Positions 26,530 through 36,759 of a DNA stretch of 40,030 nucleotides are shown here, piece after piece. The notes beneath the pieces are model-generated. The model worked only from the letters and a program-made list of their open reading frames with translations. It ran no database searches and had not been told where the DNA came from. A program made the position numbers and the translations under genes. Every line of letters begins with the position of its first letter. Within the stretch, counting starts at the first letter, position 1. The stretch spans positions 1-40,030 of the IMG/VR virus record IMGVR_UViG_3300010358_000007; one strand, given 5' to 3'. Source of the DNA: a virus (Duplodnaviria; Caudoviricetes).

Positions 26530-27425
26530 ACACGATCAAAGTCCCCGGGACCGGCAAGGTCGACGATCGCCTGCGGGCGCTCGAACAGGCGATCAACTAC
26601 GGCGAGGTGGTGCTGCCGTTCAATCTCGGCGACGGCGGCGGCGGCGAGCCGGGACCACCGGGGCCGCAGGGACCGGCGGGTCCGCAAGGGGCGCCGGGGC
26701 AATCGAGCAGCGTCCTCGACTATCGGTTCTCGACGGCGACGGTCGCGCCGCCTGCGTCGGGATACGTGGCACTCAACAACGCGACCGCCAGTGCTGCGAC
26801 GCTCATGTGGATTCACTACATCACGAACGCGAACAACGATCTGACGGTGGTCATCAAGAGTCTCTCGGTCGGCTCGAATCTCTACCTCCAGGACAAGGCC
26901 GACTCGACACGATTCGCGAAGTACCAGATCACCGCCACGCCGGTCGATAACGGCACGTACGCCGCGGTCGCGGTGACGTGGCTCAGTAGCGGCACCGGGG
27001 CGGCGTTTACGAACAACGAGTCCATCTATCTCGGGGTGGTTGCTATCGGGCAACCGGGGCCAGTGGGTCCGCAAGGACCAGCGGGTCCGACGGGTCCGCA
27101 AGGACCGACCGGGGCGACGGGTGCCACGGGACCGCAGGGAGCGACCGGTCCCGGGGTGGCCGCAGGCGGGACAACAGGACAGGTGCTCCAGAAGACGTCG
27201 GCGACGGACTACGCGACGGGGTGGACGACGCCGCCGACGTCACTCCCCCCGTCCGGCGCCGCCTCGGGATCGTTAGCCGGCTCCTATCCGGCACCCACAT
27301 TGTCGACGACAGGGGTGGCGGCAGGGACGTATGGGAGTGCGTCACGGATTGCGGTCATCACCGTCACGACTGAGGGGCGGATTACTGCAGTCACCCAAAT
27401 CAAGCCGACGGCGTTCTGGGGATGA
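26526..27425 (+). CDS. Collagen-repeat fibre protein
   Basis: Two Gly-X-Y blocks (7 and 12 triplets); GGTTGQVLQKTSATDYATGW and GTYG...ITVTTEGRIT fibre motifs. Confidence 0.8.
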   Translation: MNTIKVPGTGKVDDRLRALEQAINYGEVVLPFNLGDGGGGEPGPPGPQGPAGPQGAPGQSSSVLDYRFSTATVAPPASGYVALNNATASAATLMWIHYITNANNDLTVVIKSLSVGSNLYLQDKADSTRFAKYQITATPVDNGTYAAVAVTWLSSGTGAAFTNNESIYLGVVAIGQPGPVGPQGPAGPTGPQGPTGATGATGPQGATGPGVAAGGTTGQVLQKTSATDYATGWTTPPTSLPPSGAASGSLAGSYPAPTLSTTGVAAGTYGSASRIAVITVTTEGRITAVTQIKPTAFWG

Positions 27426-27428
27426 CCG

Positions 27429-27815
27429 GTGGCGTCGATCTCTACCACCACGCCGACCACCGTGGGGGGGTTTTCGATTCCGTGGGATGTCCTGCGGACC
27501 TTACTCCCCGATGATCGGTGGGCGCTCTACGGCGCCGGGTACATCGTCATCGGCGGTCCGGCGGTGGTTGCAACCCTCTCGTATCAGAAGGACGATGGGA
27601 CACTCGTCACGCTGGGGACGCAGACGTTTGCGAGTAGCGGGAAAGCCGAGATGGGACCGTATGCGCTGCGGGGATCGTTTGCCGAGGCGGCAGGCGTGCC
27701 GAACAGTGAGAATGTCATCACGGTGGCGCTGCAGGCGGCGCTCGCCGCGACGGGCACCGCTGCCACGATGACGCGCTGGACGCTCTGGCTCCGGATGACG
27801 CCGAGGAACACATGA
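27429..27815 (+). CDS. Hypothetical structural protein
   Basis: GTG start 3 nt after the upstream stop; beta-rich. Confidence 0.6.
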   Translation: MASISTTTPTTVGGFSIPWDVLRTLLPDDRWALYGAGYIVIGGPAVVATLSYQKDDGTLVTLGTQTFASSGKAEMGPYALRGSFAEAAGVPNSENVITVALQAALAATGTAATMTRWTLWLRMTPRNT

Positions 27816-28636
27816 TCCGGGTCTACGAACTGACGACGCCAGAGCAGTTGGCGCTGCTCGAATCCGAACTGCGGGACACGCTCGCCGAGATGCAGCCCGA
27901 GTTCGACAAGTCAGTGGACGAGACGTGGGACGATCTCGCGGCCTACCACAAGCAGCTACCCCATGCGGGGATATGGGTCGCACTGGACGACGGCCGGCTC
28001 GCCGCGTGGTCGGCGGCGAAGATGTACATCGATCTGCCGGCGAATATCACCGGGGCGGTGACGTGGGCCTGGGCGGCGGCAAAGGCGGGAGACGGTCCGC
28101 GCATGCTGCACGAGACCATGCGGGAGTGGGCGCGGCAGCGTGGGGGACATTCGTTGTACGCCGCCCGCCGGACGCGGCTCGATGCCTACGCCCGCTGGAT
28201 TGCGCGGTATGGTTATCGATTCGACAGAGTGGTATTCGTCTGCCCACTCACGGACGCCGGGGCTTCGGCAGAAGCGGGAGGTGCACATGAGCTTCGGCGG
28301 TCGGGGCAGTTCGTACCAGTGGCAGCGGGGGACGGACTACCGGGGAGCACCGCGGGTCCTGAAGCCGGGGTACGATGTCCTGACCCGGGCGATGCTCGGG
28401 CAGATGGTCAACCCCCCGGACACGGCGATCTCGGTCCCGCTACAGCAGGCGGTGTCCAACCTGCAAAGCGGCGATCCCGGGCGCGCGTTCGGCATCGGCG
28501 GCTCAATGGTGAATCGCCTCGCGGGCACGACCGGAGCGACGGGAGCGACGGGAGCGGGCGGCGGCGGCGCGGACGCGGGCAGTCCTGGAACAGCCGGCGC
28601 TGGATTCGCTCCGGGGTCGTTCCTCCCGAGCGCTAG
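27812..28636 (+). CDS. GNAT-fold acetyltransferase-like protein with an overlapping C-terminal extension
   Basis: IWVALDDGRLAA...MREWARQRGG...YGYR pattern at the usual position before ejection genes; about the last 115 codons overlap the next gene. Confidence 0.6.
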   Translation: MIRVYELTTPEQLALLESELRDTLAEMQPEFDKSVDETWDDLAAYHKQLPHAGIWVALDDGRLAAWSAAKMYIDLPANITGAVTWAWAAAKAGDGPRMLHETMREWARQRGGHSLYAARRTRLDAYARWIARYGYRFDRVVFVCPLTDAGASAEAGGAHELRRSGQFVPVAAGDGLPGSTAGPEAGVRCPDPGDARADGQPPGHGDLGPATAGGVQPAKRRSRARVRHRRLNGESPRGHDRSDGSDGSGRRRRGRGQSWNSRRWIRSGVVPPER

Positions 28637-28919
28637 CGGCGGACAGCAGGGACTGCAGACGCGGGAACAACTCGGGCTGCCCGAACGCTCCTCCTATTTC
28701 ACCTTCATGCCGAAGCCCGAAGACATCGCGAATATCGGCCTGTCTCCGATCCGATCGTCGATCAAGAACAAGGACCAGTTGACGAACCGGATCACGAACC
28801 TGCAGGCGCAGATCGATACGCGCGAAGCCGCTGGGAAGCCGCACGGGCAAGCGGACAAGAGGATCGCGAGAGCCAAGGCCACACTCGCGAAGAACACAGG
28901 CAACCTCTATTGGCCGTAG
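28287..28919 (+). CDS. Putative ejection/internal virion protein
   Basis: SD GGAGGT; MSFGGRGSS start; Gly-rich. Confidence 0.65.
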   Translation: MSFGGRGSSYQWQRGTDYRGAPRVLKPGYDVLTRAMLGQMVNPPDTAISVPLQQAVSNLQSGDPGRAFGIGGSMVNRLAGTTGATGATGAGGGGADAGSPGTAGAGFAPGSFLPSASGGQQGLQTREQLGLPERSSYFTFMPKPEDIANIGLSPIRSSIKNKDQLTNRITNLQAQIDTREAAGKPHGQADKRIARAKATLAKNTGNLYWP

Positions 28920-28932
28920 GGAGGATCGGACG

Positions 28933-29739
28933 ATGCCGTTCCTTGCTGCGATCGTGCCTGCGCTGGGCGCCGCTGCCGGCGGGACCGCTGCGGCTGGTGG
29001 TGCTGCCGCAGCGGGCGCTGCTGCCGCTGGGACCGCTGCGGCTGCCGGCGCGGGTACTGCCGCTGCAGCGGGTGCCGGTGCGGGTGCTGCCGCAGGCGCA
29101 GCCGGCGCAGGATTAGGTGGTGCGGCGACGGGTGCGGCGTCGGGCCTCTCCGCAGCAGCGGGTGCTGGCGGAGTCGCCGAAGGTGCCGCCGCCGGCCTCT
29201 CAGCCGGTGCGGGTGCTGCAGGGGCGGCGGGTACAGGGGCGGCAGGTGCTGTTGGAGCGGCGGGTGCAGGTGGTGCCGCCGGGCTACCGGCGATTGCGCC
29301 AGCGGCTGCCGCGCCGGTCGGAGCGCCGCCGCTCCTCTCCGCGATGGGTCCGCCGGCTGGCACCCTGTCGCCGGCCGTCTCGGCGGGACTCTCCCCGGCG
29401 GTGACACCGCCGCTCGCGGCGCCGACTGGCGCAGCGGCACCTGGCGCCGAGGCGATCACGGCGGGCGCGCAGACGGGCTTTGAGTCGGGCGGCGCCGGCA
29501 TGGCGACGACGCCGGCGGCGACGGCCAGCGACGAAGCCGGCGGCTGGTTGAGCAAGCTCAAGGGCTACGCCGATTCGCCGTACGGGCAGATGGCGATCAA
29601 GGAAGGACTCGGGATGGTGAAGAAACCGCGGTCGCCGTTCGAGCCGATGCAGATGCAGACGCCGGGGCTGCCGGCGCTGAGCCCGAGTCCGAGTATCGAT
29701 CGGCTCGCGTGGATGCGCGCGTTCAACGTGCAGGGGTAA
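28933..29739 (+). CDS. Ala/Gly-rich putative ejection (pilot) protein
   Basis: SD GGAGGA; more than 100 residues almost entirely Ala/Gly. Confidence 0.7.
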   Translation: MPFLAAIVPALGAAAGGTAAAGGAAAAGAAAAGTAAAAGAGTAAAAGAGAGAAAGAAGAGLGGAATGAASGLSAAAGAGGVAEGAAAGLSAGAGAAGAAGTGAAGAVGAAGAGGAAGLPAIAPAAAAPVGAPPLLSAMGPPAGTLSPAVSAGLSPAVTPPLAAPTGAAAPGAEAITAGAQTGFESGGAGMATTPAATASDEAGGWLSKLKGYADSPYGQMAIKEGLGMVKKPRSPFEPMQMQTPGLPALSPSPSIDRLAWMRAFNVQG

Positions 29740-29742
29740 GCG

Positions 29743-29958
29743 ATGGCAGGTGGTGGTGGACAGTCGATGCTCGGTGGTCTGATGGGGGGCATCGAAGGCA
29801 AGCAAGGCTGGCAAGGCGTCGTCGATCCGGCGGGGATTCTGCTCAAGGCGGGACCGAAAGCGCAGGGCTTTCTCCAGCCGACGGCTACACCGCCCGCGCA
29901 GCAAGTGCCGCAGGACACGGATCGGACCGCGTTCCTGCAAGCCTTTGGGATACAATAA
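29743..29958 (+). CDS. Small Gly-rich virion protein
   Basis: Tightly packed between neighbours; TAATG coupling. Confidence 0.6.
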   Translation: MAGGGGQSMLGGLMGGIEGKQGWQGVVDPAGILLKAGPKAQGFLQPTATPPAQQVPQDTDRTAFLQAFGIQ

Positions 29959-30533
29959 TGGCAAACAATCAGAATCCGACGATGGGAGCGCCGATGGGCG
30001 CGGGCCGCGCGCTGGGCTTGTCGAACCAGTTCTTTCAGGGACCGGGCAATCCGCTCGCACCGCAAGGGCAAGTCTGGCGCGGTCCGCCGCCGGGGCAGGC
30101 GCCGATCGCGCAACCGACCGGGCAGATATCGCCAGCCGGGATGCAGGGGCTGCAAAATTGGGCGAGTCAACTCGGAGCGCAACCGAAGGACCCGAACGCG
30201 CCGCAGACGCCGGCGTCCTCGACACCATTGTTCCAAGGGCAGCTACAGGGAGCGCGGCCGACTGGCCCGATGCCATCGATGACGGCGGCGCCGCCTGCAC
30301 CTGGACAGCAGTCACCGCTCGGTGCGCCGGGACAAGGGGCGGGTGGTGGGAAAGGTGGCGCCGGTCAAGGCATGACGCCCCAGATGCAGCAACAGATCGC
30401 GCGACTGCCGGGTGGACCGGGTGCCGGTGCTCCACGCCGTCTGCAACCGGGTGCCCCTGGTGCTGGGCCGGGCGGACAGAAGGCGCCGGGGATGCAGCGG
30501 CAGATCGCGCAGCTTCCCGGGGCGCCGCGCTAA
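29958..30533 (+). CDS. Pro/Gln/Gly-rich disordered protein (MANNQNPTMG...)
   Basis: TAATG coupling; internal repeat MQQQIARLPG/MQRQIAQLPG. Confidence 0.6.
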   Translation: MANNQNPTMGAPMGAGRALGLSNQFFQGPGNPLAPQGQVWRGPPPGQAPIAQPTGQISPAGMQGLQNWASQLGAQPKDPNAPQTPASSTPLFQGQLQGARPTGPMPSMTAAPPAPGQQSPLGAPGQGAGGGKGGAGQGMTPQMQQQIARLPGGPGAGAPRRLQPGAPGAGPGGQKAPGMQRQIAQLPGAPR

Positions 30534-30539
30534 ACGCCA

Positions 30540-31604
30540 ATGGCACAGCCGAAGCCGAAGCCGGGCGCGCCGGCAGCCGGGCCGGGCGGACAGAAAGCGG
30601 GCGGGACGGCGGTGCCGCCGAAGCAGCCGAAGCCGCCGCCACCACCGAAGGCGGCAAAGCCCCCGGCGGGAGCGCCGGCAGGAGGCGCGGGCAACCAGAA
30701 AGGCGGGTCGCAGCCGGCGGCGGGCAAGCCGGTGCAGCCGCTGACGCAGAAGCCAGGACAGGCGCCGCGTCCGCTGAACCCGGCGCAGAAGACGCAAGTC
30801 CAGAAGGCGGCGCAGGGCGGCACGCTCGATCAGTATCTCGCGAGCCATCCCGGCGTCGCGCAGCACTACGGCAAGGTGCAAGCTGCCGGCACGGCGGGGC
30901 AGCAAGGCAAGTACCAGACGCTGCAGCAGCAGAACCAGGCGGCGAAGGCAGGACAGCCAGCAGCGACCGGTGCGCCCGCAGCCGGCGCAGGTGGCGGGAA
31001 GCCGAACGCGCCCGGGGCGCAGCCGACGCCGGCCCCGACGCCTGCCGCGACACCCGCCGCTGATACGGGTGGTGGTGGTGGTGGCGCTGCCGCCCCGACG
31101 ACGTTCGAGGACGCGTTCAACGCGCAGTACGGACAAGGCGCCGCACAGCAGTTCGGGCCGTCCGCGTGGACGGGACCGAACCCGATCGAGACGGCGCAAG
31201 CTGCCGCGCAACGCGCCCTCGGCACGAACTTGGCGGACGTGCGGGCGCGCTATGCCGGAAGCGGATTCGGGAACTCAGCGCGTGAGGCGCTGTCGGAAGG
31301 AACGGCAGTCGGCGACTTCGCGACCAACTTTGGTGACATCGCCTCCGCCCGCGCACTTCAAGAGCGGCAGACGGGACTCGATCGCCTCGCGAGCATGTTC
31401 GGGACGGCCGGCGCGCAGCAGTTGCAGGGTCAGCAACTGGGCATCGAGGCGAATCAGCAACTCGCAAATCTCGGCACCGGGCTGACCGGCATCGGCGCGC
31501 AGGAACAGGGCCTGCCGAACCAGTCGGATTTCATCACACTGCTGACGAACATGGGGATCACGAACACGTTGAGCCAAGGGGCGATGCGTCCGCCGAAGCA
31601 GTGA
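30540..31604 (+). CDS. Putative ejection protein
   Basis: VRARYAGSGFGNSAR motif typical of DNA-transfer proteins; Gln/Gly-rich helices. Confidence 0.7.
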   Translation: MAQPKPKPGAPAAGPGGQKAGGTAVPPKQPKPPPPPKAAKPPAGAPAGGAGNQKGGSQPAAGKPVQPLTQKPGQAPRPLNPAQKTQVQKAAQGGTLDQYLASHPGVAQHYGKVQAAGTAGQQGKYQTLQQQNQAAKAGQPAATGAPAAGAGGGKPNAPGAQPTPAPTPAATPAADTGGGGGGAAAPTTFEDAFNAQYGQGAAQQFGPSAWTGPNPIETAQAAAQRALGTNLADVRARYAGSGFGNSAREALSEGTAVGDFATNFGDIASARALQERQTGLDRLASMFGTAGAQQLQGQQLGIEANQQLANLGTGLTGIGAQEQGLPNQSDFITLLTNMGITNTLSQGAMRPPKQ

Positions 31605-31607
31605 GCG

Positions 31608-32864
31608 ATGCCAGTCCGTCTCGACGACATCATCTCGGGGCTGGGAATGCTGGGAGGCGTCCTCTCGATGCCCCGGCGCGTCGAGGCGCAGGAACAGCAG
31701 AACGCCATCGAGCGCCAACTGCTGCAAGGGACCGGGATGTCGCAGGCGGACATCGAGGCGGCGACGCCGCAGCCCGGGATGCGCTGGCTGTCTCCCGCGC
31801 AGGGCGGGTTCACCGGGAAGGTGCTCGGCGGTGTCGGCGATGTCGGGTCGGTGCTGTCCACGATCGTCGGCAAGCCGATCCCGTCGCCGCGTGCGTCGCT
31901 TGCCGAGCTCGCCGAGTCCACGAAGATGCGGACGGCGTTCTCGAAGGAGCAAGCGCGACGGCGATTCATCGATGTCGTCAAGGACCCGAAGTCCACGTCG
32001 CAGGACATCGCGGCGGCGGGGGCCGAAGCCGGGTCGCTGGATGAGGCAATGCGCTTCCTCCGTCCCACGGCGCCGCGTCCGCCGGGATCAGCCTTCGCCG
32101 CGCGGCAGCGTCTCGCGACGCTCGATCCGAACAGCGACGAAGCGAAGCAATTGCGGCAGGGACTTGCCGACGACGAAGCGGCCCGGCAGCGAGTCGCGGA
32201 CGAGGCGGCGCGACGGGCCGAGGAGCGGTTCCGGAAGGAGCACCCATTCGCGGACGTCCCGCCCGAGGAGATGCAGCGTCGGAGGGCCGAGGAAATCCAG
32301 CGGGAGCGCAACGCGGAAGCCGACCGGAAGAACCTCAAACCGGGCAGCCCGGAGCGCGAGTTCTTCTTGGAGCACGGCTACCAGCCGGCGCCACCGAGGC
32401 CGCAGAAGGAAAAGGGCGCCTCGATGCAGGGACTCGCGATGGAAGTAACGCGGGAACTGCAACGCGAGAATCCGGCCTTGCCGATCGACCAAGACGAACT
32501 GCGTCGCCGGGTCTACGACCGGGCGAAGGCGTACACGTCGCAGGGGATTACCGTCGAGGGCTTTGACCCGTCCATCGCGCCGCCGCAACCTCCACCGAAA
32601 GCGGGGGCAGCGGGAGGCGCGCAGGTCGGGGCCGCACTCGGGGGGACTCCAGTCCCCGGCCCGACCACCGATCCCATGAGTGGCCTGCCGCCCGAGGTTC
32701 ATGCAGTGCTCGACAACGCGCCGCTGACGTCGCCGGAACAGGCCGATCAGGTTCGCCAGCTTGTCGCGGCATCAAAGGTGGGCACGCCGACGGACACACT
32801 CGTCAACTGGGCGATGTCGATCGCTCGGATGGGGCAGCCACAGCAGCCAGCAGCGCCGCGTTAG
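31608..32864 (+). CDS. Putative ejection/internal virion protein
   Basis: 418 aa; helical/coiled coil; amphipathic N-terminus. Confidence 0.7.
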   Translation: MPVRLDDIISGLGMLGGVLSMPRRVEAQEQQNAIERQLLQGTGMSQADIEAATPQPGMRWLSPAQGGFTGKVLGGVGDVGSVLSTIVGKPIPSPRASLAELAESTKMRTAFSKEQARRRFIDVVKDPKSTSQDIAAAGAEAGSLDEAMRFLRPTAPRPPGSAFAARQRLATLDPNSDEAKQLRQGLADDEAARQRVADEAARRAEERFRKEHPFADVPPEEMQRRRAEEIQRERNAEADRKNLKPGSPEREFFLEHGYQPAPPRPQKEKGASMQGLAMEVTRELQRENPALPIDQDELRRRVYDRAKAYTSQGITVEGFDPSIAPPQPPPKAGAAGGAQVGAALGGTPVPGPTTDPMSGLPPEVHAVLDNAPLTSPEQADQVRQLVAASKVGTPTDTLVNWAMSIARMGQPQQPAAPR

Positions 32865-32867
32865 TAG

Positions 32868-35800
32868 ATGCCGACGCTCGGGGATATTGCCCGACAGGCG
32901 AGCGCGCCGCCTGCGCCGACAGACCAGCCGCCAGCGCCGCCGCAGGTACCGACCCTCGGCGATGTGGCGCGGCAGGCGGCAGCGCCACCCCCTGAACAGC
33001 AGCCGGCAATCACGATCACGCCGCCACTGCCATCACCATCCGAGCAACCGCGAGGCTCGGGGCCGTGGCGCGATCGCTATCAGTTCGGCGACGAAGAAGA
33101 GCCGGCGCAGCCGCCGCCGCCTCCCGCGCGCGCGACACCGCTCCTCCCATCCGACGTGCACCCTGTATCAGGCGGGGCGCCCGCAACGTACCGCGTTGCG
33201 CCGCCGGAGCGGCCGACATCCGGGAAGCCTCCGGGACCATGGGCAGAGGGCTATGAATACCCCGACCCGAACGCGGTCCGCGAGCCGACGTGGGGTGAGA
33301 CGATCGGACTCGGCGCGCTCCAAGTGGTCCCGCCACTGGTCGTCGGCGGGGCGGCAGCCCCGTTTCTCGGTCCTGCGGCTGCGGTGCCTGCGGCACTTGC
33401 TGGCACCCTGAGCAATATAGCGAAGCAACGCTATGAGGTGAGTCACGGACTGCGCCGGGAAGTGCGGCCTTACGAGTCGATTGTTAGCGGGATTGTCAGT
33501 GGCATCCCGGGATTCGAGATCGCGCCCGAGGCGCCACTCGTTACGCGCGCCGGCGCGCGGGCGCTCGAAGGCGCGGGGATCAATGTCGGGGCGGACGTCG
33601 CGGAGACCGGGCTGGAGGAACATCGGCTCCCGACCCTCGGGGAAGTCGCCCGGACGGCCGCGACCGGCGCGGCCTTTGGTGGTGTGGCGGGCACGGCAGA
33701 GCATGGCGTCCTTCGCTATCACGCCGGACGGGCGCCAGAAGCCGCGCCGGAGGTGATGACGCGGCCCGGAGACCAGCCCATCGGTGGCGGCGTGCAACCG
33801 GGCGAGGTCGCGCCGCCCGTCGAAGGATTCGTCGGACCGCCCGCGCCCGAGGAATTCGTCGGACCGCCCGCGCCAGAAGCGCCGCCGCCGCCAAAGTCGC
33901 TTGCGGCAATCCAGGCGCAGCAGCAAGCAGCGCGTGAAGCCGAGCGTGCGCCTAGAGAGTTGGTCGGTCCGCCTGCACCCGAGGCAGCGCCGCCTGCGGT
34001 CCCGCCGCCAAGCCCTGCGCCGGTCGAACCCGAGCCGCGCTATCCGCCCCCGGTATTCCGTCGCGCACCCGGTTACCACGAAGCGCTGACGGGTGAGGCA
34101 ATCCCCGAGGCGGTGCCGCGTCCGCCGGAACGGCTCGCGGGCGAACTCGCAGCGGTCGATCGCCTGTTCCCAAACCATCCCGAAGAATCGCGCCAAGCCC
34201 TCAAGGATTTGATTACGGCGCACGCCGACGACATCGCCGATCGCGCCCGGGAGCAGCAACCCGTCGCGCGGACGCAGGCGCTCGCCGACGAACTGGTGCT
34301 CGATCCCGAACAGCTCTGGAAGCGTGGTAAAGGCGCACCCATCCTGACAGCAGAGCAGAAGGTCAGCGTGCTCGGGCATGTTGATACACTGATGGATCGG
34401 ATCGCGAAGCTCCAAGCCGACCGCGACGCGCTGCCGGCGGACGCCCCGCAAGCCACGCGCGACGAGGCGGCACTGCGGCTCAAGATCAAGCATCAGGAAC
34501 TCGCTGCGACGATCGCGGCCTACGAGGGCGACAAAGCCGAGACAGGCCGGGCGCTGAGCATCTTGAACCATCAGGTGAAGGCGCTCGACAGAGGCGACCC
34601 GAAATTCATCCGGGCGGCACTCCGGGAAGGCGTGCCCGTGGACCAGATCGCGTCAGTCATCCATCAGATTCCCGAGGATGATGTCGTCGGACGCTACCGG
34701 AACCTGCTCGACCTCCGAAAGCCCTCATCCTGGCCGCAGACGGCACTCTCTTATTACACGACGAATCTGCTCTCGGGGGGCACGACGCCGGTCAAGAAGA
34801 CGCTCGCCGATGTACTCGCCATCGTCCATGATCCGCTGATGACGCCTGCGGCGGCGGCGTGGGAACGTATCGCGCCCGAACGGTGGGGTGGTACGGAGCC
34901 CGGCGCACGCCATGTGTATGCCGGCGAACTCCATCAGCGCGCCGTCGGGTTTCTCGCCGCGCAGGGCGAGGCGTGGAAGCGCATGATGTCAGTCATCCGC
35001 GAAGGGTTCACCCCGGAGCAAGCCGCTGGCTACGTGCCGCTCCGGCGCGAACTCTTCGAGGGCCGGGGGAAAGTCGTCCGGGGGGTCGCCAACTACCCGG
35101 GCCGCGCCCTCGCTGCTGCCGAGGCGTACACCCGCACGCTCGCCGAACACATGGAACTCCACGGGTCGAGCTACACGCAGGCACGGAATGAGGCGGTTCA
35201 GTTGGGACTCACGGGCGAGCAGGCACGCGACCACATCAGCACGCGCATGGCTGAACTCGCACATGATCCGCAATTCCAGGCGGACGCCCGGCGCTATGGC
35301 GAACGGCGCCTCTATCGGGAGAAGGGCGTCGTCGATACGGAGCTCCTCCGATTGCGCGAGGAAATCCCCGCGCTCAAGTACCTGATCCCGCTGGTCCGTA
35401 TCCCCGTCTCCCTGTTCCGGCACGGCATCCAGGCCAGTCCGGCAGGCTTCTTCACGAAGCTCGGCCGCATGGAAGGACGCTATGGCGCGCAGGCCCGCGG
35501 CGAGGCGGCGCTCGGGACACTCGTCGCGTCGGCGCTCACCTACAAGGCGCTCAAGGGCGACCTCGACGGCTCCGGCCCGAGTAATCCCGCCGACTTCGAC
35601 GCGTGGTACGCCGCCGGCCATCGCCCGAACTCGATCAAATTCGGCTCGCATCACATCGGGTTCCACATTGCGCCGTGGGCCTTGGAAGCGAGCATGATCG
35701 GGAACGCGCATGACGTCTGGAAGGACATGGTCGATAAGGGGGACGACCTCTCGGCGACGCAGATGGTGTCCATGCTGGGCCGGCGGCAAGCGAAGTCGCT

Positions 35801-36449
35801 GCTCCAACAGTCCACCGTGCGCGGCGTCGCCGAGATGATGCAGGGACTCACGGACACGGATGAGAACACATTCAATCGGTTCGTCGGTACGATGGCGTCG
35901 GGGTTTGTCCCGTACTCGGGCGCGGTTCGCACGGCGAAGAAGATGGTCGATCCGACGCTCCGGAAAGCGACGACGCCGCTCGAATACGTCGAGGCCGGCA
36001 TTCCGGGGCTCTCCAGCCGACTCCAGCCGCGGGTGCGTGCGACCGGCGAGGAGATTCAGTCGGAGCAGCCGGGCGGCGCACTGGGGCGCGGGTTCCTGCC
36101 CTTCGACATCTCGACGGACAGACCGAATCCGGTCCGGGATGAACTGGCGCGCGTCGGGGTCCGCTTGACGATTCCCTCGGCGACGAAGATCGGCCCGCAC
36201 AAGCTCACCCCGGAGGAACAGACGGCGGTCGTCGAAGCGAAGGGCCGGGCGACGGTGGAAGCGCTTGGGCGGTTGTTCGACAATCCATCCTATCAGCGGA
36301 TCGCAGCGACCGATGCGGGTCGCGCGCAGCAGGCCCGAGCCGCCAAGGGACAGATCGGTCGGACCCGTACGCTGATCGCGCAGCGGGCGGCGGGACTGGT
36401 GGCACGCGGCCAGCCAATCACGCTCGATGCGCTCATGCCGAATAGGTGA
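32868..36449 (+). CDS. Large internal virion (DNA ejection) protein
   Basis: 1193 aa, last of the ejection cluster; Gly/Ala hydrophobic segment; C-terminal GSGP...AGHRPNSIKFG...SGFVPYSG region recalls large polyvalent virion proteins. Confidence 0.8.
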   Translation: MPTLGDIARQASAPPAPTDQPPAPPQVPTLGDVARQAAAPPPEQQPAITITPPLPSPSEQPRGSGPWRDRYQFGDEEEPAQPPPPPARATPLLPSDVHPVSGGAPATYRVAPPERPTSGKPPGPWAEGYEYPDPNAVREPTWGETIGLGALQVVPPLVVGGAAAPFLGPAAAVPAALAGTLSNIAKQRYEVSHGLRREVRPYESIVSGIVSGIPGFEIAPEAPLVTRAGARALEGAGINVGADVAETGLEEHRLPTLGEVARTAATGAAFGGVAGTAEHGVLRYHAGRAPEAAPEVMTRPGDQPIGGGVQPGEVAPPVEGFVGPPAPEEFVGPPAPEAPPPPKSLAAIQAQQQAAREAERAPRELVGPPAPEAAPPAVPPPSPAPVEPEPRYPPPVFRRAPGYHEALTGEAIPEAVPRPPERLAGELAAVDRLFPNHPEESRQALKDLITAHADDIADRAREQQPVARTQALADELVLDPEQLWKRGKGAPILTAEQKVSVLGHVDTLMDRIAKLQADRDALPADAPQATRDEAALRLKIKHQELAATIAAYEGDKAETGRALSILNHQVKALDRGDPKFIRAALREGVPVDQIASVIHQIPEDDVVGRYRNLLDLRKPSSWPQTALSYYTTNLLSGGTTPVKKTLADVLAIVHDPLMTPAAAAWERIAPERWGGTEPGARHVYAGELHQRAVGFLAAQGEAWKRMMSVIREGFTPEQAAGYVPLRRELFEGRGKVVRGVANYPGRALAAAEAYTRTLAEHMELHGSSYTQARNEAVQLGLTGEQARDHISTRMAELAHDPQFQADARRYGERRLYREKGVVDTELLRLREEIPALKYLIPLVRIPVSLFRHGIQASPAGFFTKLGRMEGRYGAQARGEAALGTLVASALTYKALKGDLDGSGPSNPADFDAWYAAGHRPNSIKFGSHHIGFHIAPWALEASMIGNAHDVWKDMVDKGDDLSATQMVSMLGRRQAKSLLQQSTVRGVAEMMQGLTDTDENTFNRFVGTMASGFVPYSGAVRTAKKMVDPTLRKATTPLEYVEAGIPGLSSRLQPRVRATGEEIQSEQPGGALGRGFLPFDISTDRPNPVRDELARVGVRLTIPSATKIGPHKLTPEEQTAVVEAKGRATVEALGRLFDNPSYQRIAATDAGRAQQARAAKGQIGRTRTLIAQRAAGLVARGQPITLDALMPNR

Positions 36450-36452
36450 TGC

Positions 36453-36692
36453 ATGCCGGGTTCCAAGAGTCGCGGACACTTTCGGAAGACGCCGAAGAAC
36501 GTGGTCGTGATCCCGCCAACCAAAGCGAAAGGGAGGACGCACATGGAGAAGGAGAAGCACATCGATATGCCGCCGCCGGCGCCGACGCCGGGCGCCGAGG
36601 AGCCGCCCGCCGAGGGCACGCCGCGCGAATCGCCTCTCGGACCGGGCGAGCATCAGGACGAGCCTCCGGCCACCGACGCACCCAAGGAATGA
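36453..36692 (+). CDS. Small hypothetical protein; alternative start 36543
   Basis: GGAGG precedes ATG 36543; Pro/Glu-rich. Confidence 0.45.
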   Translation: MPGSKSRGHFRKTPKNVVVIPPTKAKGRTHMEKEKHIDMPPPAPTPGAEEPPAEGTPRESPLGPGEHQDEPPATDAPKE

Positions 36693-36759
36693 CGCGGCAC
36701 CCCATCACGCAGAGCGCGGGGGTGCGGGCGGGCGCCCCCGGTAGTTAGGAGCAGGAACC

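Noticed and set aside
36717-36740. GC hairpin before the endolysin as an intrinsic terminator
   Set aside because: A 9-bp stem is present but there is no U-tract; function cannot be assigned.
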